Source: Heptranchias perlo
Lineage: Eukaryota
Direction of reading: 5' to 3'
Assembly (NCBI RefSeq): GCF_035084215.1
Contig: NC_090332.1
Span: 16,244,001-16,308,000, forward strand
Length of the DNA stretch: 64,000 nt
Shown: positions 49,768 through 61,417 of the stretch, one piece after another
How the letters are laid out: the number at the start of each line of letters is the position of its first letter
Position numbering within the stretch: position 1 is the first letter of the stretch
Position numbers and translations under genes: made by a program
Notes under the pieces: generated by a model
The model's database searches: none
What the model was told of the DNA's origin: nothing
Seen by the model: only the letters and a program-made list of their open reading frames with translations

Positions 49768-50387
49768 AAGCGCAAAATACTGCAGATGCTGGAAATCTGA
49801 AATAAAAACAGAAGATGCTGGAAAAGCTCAGCAAGTCAGGCAGCATCTGTGGAGAAAGAAACAGAGTTAACGTTTCAGGTCGGAGACCTTTCGTCAGATG
49901 GTGAAGAGTTAACAGTTTTTAAGCAAGTTCAGAGCCAGGGTAAGGGGGGATGGTGGAGGAAGGGGAGGGAAGAATAAAAGGGAAGGTCTGTGATAGGGTA
50001 GAGGGCAAGAGTGATTAAATGACAAAAGGGATGAAGGTGCAAAGCAAAGAGGGTGGGACAAGTTAAGAAACAGAAGATGGGTCTAGAGGAGCTGTAAATG
50101 GCAACAGCAGAACCATTACCAGCAGCTGCAGTCCCACAAAAAAACAATGGGAGCAGTGGTTATGGTCTGAAGTTATTGAAATCAGTGTTGAGTGGGGAAG
50201 GTTGTAAAATGCCTGAACGAAAGATGAGATGAGGAAAGATGCGCCATTTAATTCCCACTCCCACTCTGAACTCTCTGTCCTCAGCCTCTTGCACTGTTCC
50301 ATAGAAGCTCGAGGAACAGCACCTCATCTTTTGATTAGACACTTTACAACCTTCCGGACTCTACATTGATTTTGATAACTTCAGACC
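49768..50387. mobile_element. Penelope-like element remnant with inverted structure
   Basis: Minus-strand terminal repeat with hammerhead core (49865-49900); plus-strand endonuclease C-terminus remnant 'HFNSHSHSELSVL..LH...EEQHLIF.L.TLQPSGL.IDF' at ~50245-50385. Confidence 0.85.
49865..49900 (-). ncRNA. Minimal type I hammerhead ribozyme motif
   Basis: CUGACGA-A-[AGGUC ucc GACCU]-GAAA-CG-UU; stem I poorly paired. Confidence 0.6.
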
Positions 50388-50519
50388 TGCTTTCTATATT
50401 ACTATAGGAACTGTAAATCAGATGTGCTGCAGTATCTCTGAAATTTTGGTGATTCAAAGGGTACATTTATATTGCCATTTTAGCATCACTGCAAAGTGGT
50501 TACAGATTTGCAGTGACTA

Positions 50520-50903
50520 AGGAAAGAATGACTTCCATTTATAACGTACTTGTCACATCCTCTGCTGCATGGCCAATGGATTATTTTGAACTGTTGTTAT
50601 GTAGGTAAATTCAGTAAGGTCCCACAATGAGATAAATTACCAGATAATGTGCTTTTTGGTGGTGGTGGTTAAGGGATAAATATAGGCCAGGACTCTAGGA
50701 GAACGCCCCTTCTTCTAATAATGCCATTGGATCTTTTATATCCACCTGAGTGGGCAGGCAGGGCTCTAGTTTAACAATTTGTCTGAAAGACAAGCAGCAC
50801 TCCCTCAGTACAGCCTACATTATATGCTCAAGTCTCTGGAGTGGGACTTGAACCAACAATCTTCTGATTCAGAGGTAGCTGTGCTACCAGAGAGCCAAGC
50901 TGA
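50520..50903 (-). mobile_element. Deu-domain SINE
   Basis: 'gccattggatcttttatatccacctgag...ctcaagtctctggagtgggacttgaacc...gtgctaccagagagcca'. Confidence 0.8.
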
Positions 50904-51949
50904 CCCTGTTCCTTGTAACTTCAGAGTCTGGGCCTGAGCCAACTCCAGCATAAACAGTGTGAAACTGCTGGAGGAAATTACCTTACACTAAATGGGGTTG
51001 ACACTGCATGGAGTGTTAAACCAACTTGAATATGTTGGGGCCCCTGAATATGTGCATTAGGGGCCAAACATCTGTTAAACGTCCCCTTTTGAAAATTTAT
51101 CAGCGATGAGAGGGGCAGGAATCAGGCCTGCGTCACTCAGGATTTTTCATTGGCCCCCCCACCAGAGCTGGCAACAAAAGGTAAGCTGTTCATTTTTTTT
51201 TAAAAACCCTTCCTGGGGAGCCAGGAGGAGCAGGAGTGCTCCACAGTGTTCCCGAAGACCACTGCTAGTCCCTGCTTGGCTCCTCCCTGTCGTGCCCCTT
51301 CCCTGCCCCCCAAACCAGGACATATCTGAAGGCCACTGCCAGCATCTCAGCACCAGCAAGTTGCTTGGGGATGTGCAACAGGTGCCCACAGCTCACCGGT
51401 CTAATTTAAACGAGGCCCGAGGCCTAATTTTGTTCAGGCCTTGGGCCTACTTGTTCCAGCGCAGGGATTGTTCCCTGTACCCAGTGTGCACCATTTAAAA
51501 ATGTATTTAAGCACTTTTGTACAACACAATTAATAGATTTTTGATTTTAAAACAACAATGGAAAAACAAAGTGACATTTGGATTTTCAACATGCCAGTCA
51601 GATCACCAAAGTTACCTCAACGGTCTCTCTTCCACATTCACAGAGGTAGTCCCCCCCCCGCCCCCCCCTCTCTGGACCCAATTCAGAGATGCTGCATTCC
51701 ATCCAATTCCCCACTATTTTACAGAGATACTGGTCTTGATAATACTTGGTAGAAAATCGATCCGGAGAACCCCCAAGAAATGCTTGGTAAAAGTTTGCCC
51801 ACAACTGATGTTGGACTAACTGATCTATCGTTACGTGGTTTAACCTTCTCTTCCTCTTGAACAAAGCTGTTTTATTATTCTTCAGTCCAATGTCTTTTTT
51901 TCCAGTCCCGCACTCTAATCTTTGACACTTTCTTATCCTTTTCGAATCT

Positions 51950-52270
51950 TCCATGCAGTCTGTGTTTTGGTGCTATTTCCCACTTGTTTGCCTACTCTAC
52001 CACATTATTTTCTGGAACTAAATCAAGCAATGCTTCTTTCCCTGTTGGACTGGAAACATACTGATCTAGGAAGCAGTGATGGAGCATTCTAAAATAGCGT
52101 TCCTCACTTTGCCACATGCATTGTCTTTATTCCAGTCTGTCTTGAGATAATTAAAATCCCCCAATACTATCGTCCTGTTCTTACAAATATCTCTGAACTC
52201 TCTCCAGATCTCTCTTATCTCCACTGTTTGGTGGCCTGAAATGCACATCAAAAATGTTAGCATTTCCCTT
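51950..52270 (-). mobile_element. Old CR1 APE-domain fragment
   Basis: Minus frame 'IVLGDFNYLKTDW'. Confidence 0.6.
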
Positions 52271-52679
52271 CATAATTGTTAATTCTGTGCATATGGATTG
52301 TGCTTTAATGCAGCCCTTAGGACATTGTTCCAACACCATAATAGAATCCTTTTATTAACACTACCCCATCCTGACCCCCCCCCCCCCCCCCAATTCCCTC
52401 TCCCAGTTCATGCTGGTGCTCCTCGCACTCCTTCAAACCAGTTCAGGCTGGTACTTATCTTCCAACCTCCCATTCAAGCTGGCATTTTTTTCCCCCCTCC
52501 AACTCCATCTGTGCCATGCTTGCACCCTTTCCTCACCCACCCCAATTTCATGCTGGCACTCTTTGCCACCCTCCCTTCACAGTTAGTATAGGTACTCTCC
52601 CTTCCCCCCGCCTAGTCAGTAAAATGCTGGTATTCTTTCTCCCCCCACCCCCCGCACTTCAAAGTGCTACCCCCAGATT

Positions 52680-52883
52680 CTGTCCCCTTCATTCTCAATT
52701 TCCTTTTCCCTCATCCCTTCATTGCCATTTATTGCCCTGTCTCCCTCACTGTACCTTTCCCTTCTCCATTGCCCCTTTCATTGCAACCCATTAATGCCCT
52801 TCCTTGCCCTTCATTGTTACCCATTCCCCCTTCATTGCCATCCATTTCCCCTTCTCCACTCCTTGATTGCCATTCATTATCTC
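52680..52883. repeat. Degenerate minisatellite ('cccttcattgcca'-like units), resuming at ~53195-53250
   Basis: Repeated ccc(t)ttcattg motif. Confidence 0.55.
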
Positions 52884-53194
52884 AAATGTAAGGAATCTTA
52901 CACCAGGTTATAGTCCAACAAATTTATTTTAAAATCACAAGCTTTCGGAGATTATCCCCTTAGTCAGATGAATGAGTGAAAAGGTTCTCAAATCGCATAT
53001 CTTATACTAGGCTGGGACAGCATCACACCAATTGGTGTAAGATATGCGATTTGAGAACCTTTTCACTCATTCATCTGACGAAGGGGATAATCTCCGAAAG
53101 CTTGTGATTTTAAAATAAATTTGTTGGACTATAACCTGGTGTAAGATTCCTTACATTTGTCCACCCCAATCCATCACCGGCATCTCCACATCAT
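52884..53194 (+). mobile_element. Palindromic Penelope-derived insertion with TSD
   Basis: 121-bp arms 52884-53004 and 53038-53158 (1 mismatch), 36-bp 3' extension, TSD TCATTATCTC (52874-52883 and 53195-53204). Confidence 0.9.
53071..53107 (+). ncRNA. Minimal type I hammerhead ribozyme motif
   Basis: ucau-CUGACGA-A-[GGGGA uaa UCUCC]-GAAA-GC-UU-guga. Confidence 0.75.
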
Positions 53195-55511
53195 TCATTA
53201 TCTCGACCACTATCCATTCCCCCTTTCATTATGATCTATTCCCCCCATCTCATTCCTACATGAGTTTGGCTGCTAATGGACTGGACCGGGACCCCTCTCT
53301 CCTCGATGCTGCTAATGACAGTGATTCAGGCCACTGTGTAATGTAAACGGGGATTTCTGTTCTTGCAAGAGTTCCCTCCTACAGTATACAGCGGCTGGAC
53401 TCCCTTCTATTTGTGGTAGTGAGGAGATAGGACCCTGGGCCAATTAATTTGTAGCTGGACTTGGGTTGGAGCAAGTTGGCGGGTGCTTTGAGAGGTGAAT
53501 GATTGAGGAGAAAAGACCCATTTCTCACTGATTTTTGTCAGCAAATGCTGACAGCTTGACTCGACCCCCTAAAAAGGCTACTGTCAGCATGAAAGGCTGA
53601 AGGTTGGCATGTATGTAAACATTTACATTTTAAACACTGGGAGTAGACTGGTATAAATTGCAGTGCTATTATAGCATGTAGTTTCTTTTTTCTATGTTTA
53701 GTGAAGATGTAGTCATGAGTATAAAGCTGTGATCCTCACTTTACACTCGGAGCTACTTTTCGAACTAAAAGTAGTGAACAGAGGAAACCTGTCCCCGTAT
53801 CTCATGGACTTTGACTACAAGAGAGTGGAAATGTTTTAGCCCTTGGATATATTCCAAAGCCAAAGCAGTGATCCTTTTTGTTAATGTAGCTTGCACTGCG
53901 CCAATCAGTTACAAACAACGTAACAGAGTCGAGCCCTGTAGCAGTTCAACTAAATCCATGGAGAGACAGATGGATATGAAAAACAGAAACGTAGAAACCA
54001 AAGGCCAATGGTTCTTGTAGCTGTAACTGAATGATACCAAAGACTGGTTGTTGCTTTCACGTTGTGGATTGTTTGGGGTATTGTATAGATGAAGTCATCT
54101 ACGTCACATTGTTGTAGAAGCAAATAACACCAGAGTACAATGGTTCAGTGTTATCTGTCCTGAGCAGCCTGAGCCTGGAGGGTCAATCTTCTGAGTTACA
54201 GGGTTGAAGCAATCTTCAGTGCAATGCAGAAGTGCCTAAGAACATAGTTTTTATTAAGCCCCAACATCTTGCACAACAGAATAGAAAGTTGGAGGGTGGG
54301 AGGGAAATCCAAAGGCAAATGGTTCAGGCCTTTTTTGAGTACTCCAGAGTGTGATTGGCATCATTTTGGAGAAAAAAATATACATCGCCTCTCAGCCAGA
54401 AATAGTCTGTAAACGAGGAGAAGAGCAGACAATTTTTTTTGGTGATGGGGTTCACAAGATGACATGGTTGGATCTTCTGCATCTGCATTCAGCCCACATT
54501 GATTCATCCATTCAGAAAGTATTTTACAGTTCCCTCATTGCAACATGCAATTGTTGTATTAAATGATTCTAGTGCTCTATTCAGGATTCCATTCCATATA
54601 TTGATCACTGGAAGAACTGCCTGATGTCCATCTTAAATTTGCCTTTAACTAGCTTGCACCTGCGTCCTTTTATCTCACTCTTGCAATTTTGTTAGATTAT
54701 GGTGAAGAAAACGATTAAGTTTCTATAAGTATTCCCCTGTTAAGTTCTGGCCAAAAGAAAAGAGGGGTGTGATGGGGATGGGGACATTCACTTGCTGTGC
54801 AAGGTGAAAAAAAATGTGTCAAGTAATTTCTTGACACAAAGTTTAGACTTTGAACTTCATGGCACAGAAAATCTGCGGCTCTTCCGGCATACTGCCACCT
54901 ATAGCGTTGGCAAGGATCCTCCAGAACAGCCAGAAATTAGGCCGGACGATCATGGCCTGGGGCCCAAAAGAACAAAGCCAAAATTAATTTGGGAAATTTT
55001 CAAGCAGCCCCCTTGCTAAGGTAACCATGGCAGCATCTCGCTCTTGGTTCTGTGGGGGGGATTGGCGACCCCACCCCCCCACAATTGACGCAATTTCCTG
55101 GCAAGACTTTGCGGCCTCCTCAGTGGGCGCGTGCCCCTTATAGTGCGGAAACCAGCCAATGGGACAGAAGTCAGGGAACTTCCTTCTCTGGGGTCAACGA
55201 TGGAGGCTTCTGGCAGGTGCGTCATGGTAATTATGCCAAGATGCTTCCAATCGTGGAGTTTTTGAGGCTAATATCTGTGACAATCAGTGAATTAAAAATG
55301 TTTCCTTTCTTGCAGCTACTGAACTCACTGTCAGCTTTGAGAAGTGAAGTGACCTTTTCAGTTCCTAAATAATATTTCCCCCCCCCCCTTTTCTCTGCTC
55401 CCCAGATAGATAATTGGGCTCATTAACTAGCACCTCCTACCTGAATGGACAGACAGAACATAGCAGTAAAGGTGCACAAATGTTCCAGGAGCATGAAAGA
55501 ATTGCAATTTG

Positions 55512-55815
55512 CATCATAGAATGATACAGCACAGAAGGAGGCTATTCGGCCCATCATGCCTGTGCTGCCCTCTGAAAGAGCTACCAATTCGTCCCACTCC
55601 CCTGCTCTTTCCCCATAGCCCTGCAGATTTTTCCTTTTTAAGTATATATCCAATTCTCTTTTGAAAGTTACTACTGAATCTGCTTCCACCACCCTATCGG
55701 GCAATGTATTCTAGATCATTACAACTCACTGAGTAAAACAAATTTCTCCTCGTCTCCTCCTTTTGACAATTATCTTAAATCTGAGTCCTCTGGTTACTGA
55801 CCCTCCTGCCAATGG
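55512..55815 (-). mobile_element. CR1 LINE 3' end (subfamily A)
   Basis: 'PDRVVEADSVVTFKRELDIYLKRKNLQGYGERAGEWD'. Confidence 0.9.
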
Positions 55816-56199
55816 AGTATGTACACACTGCATTTCTTTTGTTTGTATCATAGTATTTTATAAAATGTATTTAGATGACTCATAGTTTCAGTGCTTATAA
55901 TAATAATAACAATTACAGAATTGGGGTCCCAACCTCTCAATGTAGGGAAGCCACTAATTTACCTCTACTGTTACAAAGCAAATCTTCAGAACAATTAAGA
56001 TCAATAGGGATACACAATATGTGGAATACTAGATAATCAACAAATGTATCAGACACACGAGGAATGCAGGGGTCATAAGCAATAGAAATAGTTTGCAAGG
56101 TTTTAGAAATAATTCCTCATGAATCTACTGGAATATTTTATGGCGGTAATAAAATTACAGCCAAAGGCTACCCAGTAGATATAATTCACTTTGTTTTTC

Positions 56200-56505
56200 A
56201 GAAAGAAAGCAGGAACTGACATTTATATAGGTACCTTATCACATCCACAGGCATTTTGCAATAAGTGGATTACTTTTTGAAGTGTAGTCACTACTGTTAT
56301 GTAGGTAGAAGTGGCAGCCAATCTACGTGAAACAATGTCCTACAAACAATTAAAGAATGAGCGACCAGATAATCTGATGATGGATGAGGGAGGAATGGTG
56401 ACCAGGACACTGGGAGAACTTCCTTGGAATAATGCCATGGGATCTTTTACGTCCGCATGAACAGGCAGCCAGGGCCTTCATTTAATGTCTCCTCCAAAAG
56501 AAAGC
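56200..56505 (-). mobile_element. Deu-domain SINE, headless
   Basis: 'ccaggacactgggagaact...gccatgggatcttttacgtcc'. Confidence 0.75.
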
Positions 56506-56774
56506 ATTTGATCAAGTTCTACATGTCAGATTTCGAAACAAGTTTAAGGCTTATGGAATTTACAGTAAGTTAGTCGGATTGAAAATTGGCTTGACAGCAC
56601 AAAGCAGAAGGTGAATGATAAAAAGGAAGGCTGTGTCTGGGGGAAGTGGTGAACAATGATTCGCGTAGTTTCGCAGGATAATCTCCTGTTTACATAATTC
56701 ATGAATGATACACAAGAGAATGGTTCTAATAATATTATACATTGTTCTGATAACTTCAGCTGTGTAGCCGAGAT

Positions 56775-56876
56775 ATAAATTTTGTCTGATGACGCTCCTG
56801 TGAAGTGCTTTGGGACGTATTACTACGTTAAAGGAGCTATGTAAGTGCAAGTTGTTGTTGTTGTTGTTGTTGTTGT
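56775..56876 (+). mobile_element. L2 3' terminus with (GTT)n tail
   Basis: 'ctcctgtgaagtgctttgggacg...aaaggagctatgtaagtgcaa(gtt)8'. Confidence 0.85.
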
Positions 56877-57364
56877 GTTGGGAAACCTCAGGGTTGTGAA
56901 CAAATTAACCAGTTGGGTTAAGGAATTGCAGACTGAATTTAATGTGAGTCCATCAAAGATACTGCATATTAGTCCATGTATTTGCTTTGGCAAAGGTAGA
57001 AAAGATAAAAACTCAACCGTAATTATCGACAACTCATCTAGTCAACTTGAGGCCGCTGTCAACGAGGTTAATCAAATACAGGAATACATCTCATTGGCAA
57101 TTGATTAAAAGTCAAGCAAATCATTTTAACTCTGTTGTACTCATTCATTAAAATATAGAATTTTGTGCGCAATATGTTGGAAACTCTGACCGGCGAAGTT
57201 CCTGCCGAATGCTTAATACATTCATTCTACGTTCCTGGCTGTGGTATTTTTCATAGCTGTTAATCCATTTACTTTAAATGGACTAACATCTGCATTAAAA
57301 ATAGCACTGCTACAAATTTCACAGGTCGACACTAGATATTCTTTAGTGTTCGGCATCACCGTAG

Positions 57365-58075
57365 TGAATCATAGAAAGGCTACAGCCAGGAAGGAGGCCG
57401 ATCGGCCCATCGAGTCCATGCCTGTTCTATGCAAGAGCAATCCAGCTAGTCCCACTCCCCTGTCCTTTCCCCGTACCCCTGCAATTTTTTTCCTTTCAAA
57501 TACTTATCCAGCTCCCTTTTGAAGGCCATGATTGAATCTGCCTCTACCACCCCCTCGGGCAGTGCATTCCAGATCCTAACCACTCGCTGTGTTTAAAAAA
57601 AAGTTTTTCCTCCTGTCACCTTTTGGTTCTTTTGCCAGTTGCCTTAAATCTATGTCCTCTGGTCCTTAACCCTTCCACCAATGGGAACAGTTTCTCTCTT
57701 TCTACTCTGTCTAGACCCTTCATGGTTTTGAATACCTCTATCAAATCTCCTCTCAACCATCTCTGTTCCAAGGAGAACAAGCCCAGCTTCTCCAGTCTAT
57801 CCACGTAACTAAAGTCCCTCATCCCTGGAATCATTCTAGTGAATCTCTTCTGCACCCTTTCTAAGGCCTTCACATCTTTCCTAAAGTGCGGTGCCCAGAA
57901 CTGGACACAATACTCCAGATGTGGCCGAACTAGTGTTTTATAAAGGTCATCATGACTTCCATACTTTTGTACTCCATGCCTCTATTTATGAAGCCCAGGA
58001 TCCCGTATGCGTTTTTAACTGCTATCTCAACCTGCCCTGCCACCTTCAGTGGACCTCAAGTCTCCAATGCACTGG
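57365..58075 (-). mobile_element. CR1 LINE 3' fragment (subfamily A-like)
   Basis: '[46 protein letters not shown]'. Confidence 0.93.
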
Positions 58076-59500
58076 AGTGCAACTTTACTGCCCGTTATCC
58101 AGTTACATGATAGTGTCGCCCAGGGAATGGTAATATAGGCCCCCTTGTTACTTATACTGGATACTATAATTTTGCATATGTTGCCATGTTCGTTCTCCTG
58201 CCTTTACAGAAGGTGGACTGAAAAGCACTGTAGTGGAATGAGGCACAATTATAAACCAACTAATTGGTTTATGATACAGAGAACACATAATGAACGGAAT
58301 AAAAATATACAACTTTGCCAATATTTTAGTCAAAACTCACTTACAAGTTAGTTGTTCCTCAGCTAACTGGTCCTCATTCCTCTGTTAAAAGCTGTGCACA
58401 TTTGTATTCAGGTATAGAGCCTCTCGATCTACCTGACTGACTTACACTGTCCCTACGGAGAGAAAAGAGAGCAAAAACCATAAAGGCTCCTCTGACCTCT
58501 CCCTCAATTCTGTATGCTGAGGATTGGCCTACTGAGCTGCAAATCAGTGATACTACCCTTAATGAACTGCCCCCCCCCTTGATGGTAGGGTTTACAGCAT
58601 CTGTATGTCTAGTTAAGTCAAGTGCCCTGCTGCATTTCATTCTATCATAATGGCAAAAAAATAACCAGGGCTAGGCCTTAATGGATCTCATTGTCTCAAA
58701 GCTAATGTTACATCCAAAAATAATCAGACTATGATGAATGGCCTATCTGGTATCCCACCCTGGGAACTTTTCTATCACCATGGTGCAAACCGTTATGGAA
58801 AGCATTCAATGACGTGCCACTGTTTCTTAATTAATATCCTAAATGACTCTGAATTTTAGAATTTAAAATGTTGTATCCTGGGGAACTAATGGAATGACAT
58901 GAATTAAAAGAAAATCCTTCCAGACCATATAGGTAAAAGTCCCAAACTGTTGCAAAAGCACGCACACTACTGTAATGTGAGCACGTTAAGTATTTGTGAA
59001 GCCAAGCTGAATTTCTATTGTCATATTTTTAAAAGGGAATTGATTTGCTGCAGGGAGCTGAGAGAGGAGCAGCAAAGATGATTATGGAACTGAGCCTCTA
59101 AAGTAGGCTGATAGGTTTATGTATACAAAGGTTTCTGATCTTTGTCTCATACATCCAGAAAAACTTCATGATTAGTAAAGAGCAATGCAATTGTTTGTCA
59201 TCCCTGCTGTTCTGCCAGTATTACATTTTTCTACACAAAGTGCTGCTGGTAGAGACTCCCTTCTTGGATACTCCAAGCACATCTCCAAAAAGAGCAGCCG
59301 CATGTCTACAAACTTGCGCTAGAATGGATAGTTCATTGGCTTTGATCTGTATGTATAAATTACTCTTCCTTTAGATCCAACTTCAAGATGCATTTCTAGT
59401 TAACTCACAGTCCTTCAATGCTGACAATATTGAAGGACCAGTTGCCTTCAGTCTTCAGCTAACCAGCCACTGCGCAGGTATTTATCAATTTAACGGATGA

Positions 59501-59649
59501 TGGGGGTGAAACTGGCTTTCAGAGATAGCGCCAAACATTCAAGAATGAATCAGCAGCCCATTTTACACCATGCCCGATTTTGTAGAAAACGGGCTGCCGA
59601 TTCACTATCGCCAGTTTTGTGCTTTCACTGAAGACTATTTTCACCCCCA
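59501..59649. mobile_element. Short MITE
   Basis: TIRs TGGGGGTGAAActGgctTTCAG ... CTGAAgaCtatTTTCACCCCCA; end similar to the 46327 element and to 41938. Confidence 0.7.
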
Positions 59650-60830
59650 ATATAGTTTAATGCAGGCTTCTGCCAAGAATGAATGGATCTATCACCTCAT
59701 CAATATTCTTTGTGCCGAGCACCATTCCTGGCTACTGACCCTCATTCCAATACCCCCACAACTGCAGCTAACTGTCAATCCACTTTGGCCAAGACATCCA
59801 AGAAAATGAGTAATGTAGCTGGCAACTGCTTGCTTAAGGTTTACTCTATACAATTGATATACAGCTCGCATGTGCAAAATAGGAGCTTTCATATTGGTAT
59901 GGAATTACTCCGCATGAAAAGACTGGATAGTGATGGGCAATTAATACTGCACATCAGTCTGTTAATCAGGTCGGTATCAACAGGCACGGACAAACTGGTT
60001 TCAAATACTTTTCATAGCTACTTGAATTTAAATATATGAGCTATCAGACAGTGGCATATCTGAAGTTATCATTAAAGGAGAAGGTAACTCCATGGATAAG
60101 TACTATTGATGAAAATTACTTACTTACAAATTGCCTCTTGTGTTTTATTTCCATTTTTGCTTTTTTATATGTGTATGCATAGGGCTCCTGTGTGGAGCCT
60201 TGTATATTCATTTAATTCAGCAAACAATAGACACACTGGAGCAATGGCAATAACACGAGGATCCCATTGGAGGACATCTTTCATGACCAATCAAAGGTTG
60301 CCCCTATTTATTTCTCCCCCTCACAGTATTTGCTATGTCTTGCGTTTCCACTGATATCAATCTCATGGAATGGATGTGCTCCAAGATTATCTACTTGTTT
60401 AATATAGAAGCCATTATTCAGTGGCTCTGTGAACAAACTAAATAAATAAGCAATCTGAAATGCCAAAGAATGATTCTAAGGCATTTTACTATCTCCTTTC
60501 TGGGCAGAATTCCACCAAGTGAATCACGGTTATCTCCTACGTGTCTGTTGGAAAATATTATTACTGCTACCAAGGGTTGTTAATCCTTTCTAATAATATT
60601 CCACATTGTTCGGACACGAGTGTGTTTGTAACAGCAAGCTTTATTACAGACCCAAGAAAAATGTTCCTGTATAGTTATATCAAACAACAAGCATTTGTAC
60701 AACTTGTTTTTTCCTGCGGACTTCAAGGTGATCGGGCTTGGCTTCCGTAGGGTTTTGGACCTCCAACCGTCCCGCGAGCTCTAAAATTGGGGTCCCACAT
60801 ACCCTGTTTTTATATTATTCAGCTGTTATG

Positions 60831-60910
60831 TTCTATGGTGCTAGACTGCTTCAATAGTCCTTCATTGATCAGTTCTATGGTGCTAACTGTTCCAACAGTC
60901 TTTCAATGGC
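60831..60910. repeat. Imperfect ~42-bp tandem duplication
   Basis: 'ttctatggtgctagactgcttcaatagtccttcattg' and 'ttctatggtgctaactgttccaacagtctttcaatg'. Confidence 0.75.
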
Positions 60911-61113
60911 CCAAGTAATTTCAGTTGTTGTTAGTAATCACATGCCTAGCTGCAGACTTCATGACCCAGATTGTCTTTGTCAACCCAGAGATGAGAAGCT
61001 CTGTCTTCGCAAACTGCCCTCTTGGAAATGCTTGGGGCTTGTCAGGATACTTGACTCTGTTGGTGTAAACTACATTCTTACAATGCTTCAATAGTGTTTG
61101 CTTTATTTAAACC

Positions 61114-61340
61114 ATGATGTGGAGATGCCGGTGATGGACTGGGGTTGACAATTGTAAACAATTTTACAACACCAAGTTATAGTCCAGCAATTTTATTTTA
61201 AATTCACAAGCTTTCGGAGGCTTCCCCCTTCGTCAGGTTTTTCACATCGTTCACCTGACGAAGGGGGAAGCCTCCGAAAGCTTGTGAATTTAAAATAAAA
61301 TTGCTGGACTATAACTTGGTGTTGTAAAATTGTTTACAAT
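61114..61340 (-). mobile_element. Palindromic Penelope-derived insertion with TSD
   Basis: Perfect 89-bp arms 61150-61238 and 61253-61341, 14-nt loop, 36-bp extension homologous to 53159-53194, TSD TATTTAAACC (61104-61113 and 61341-61350). Confidence 0.9.
61250..61288 (+). ncRNA. Minimal type I hammerhead ribozyme motif
   Basis: uucac-CUGACGA-A-[GGGGG aag CCUCC]-GAAA-GC-UU-gugaa; fully paired 5-bp stem I. Confidence 0.8.
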
Positions 61341-61417
61341 TATTTAAACCAGCTCAATCAGTTCTTTCAAAGAATGTGGCACAACTAAGGAAACCAGGAA
61401 AGTAATGTTTTAAACTT

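Noticed and set aside
53745-53840. Protein-like frame ELLFELKVVNRGNLSPYLMDFDYKRVEMF and a 14-nt match to ~5180
   Set aside because: No convincing splice acceptor or start; the short match is compatible with chance.
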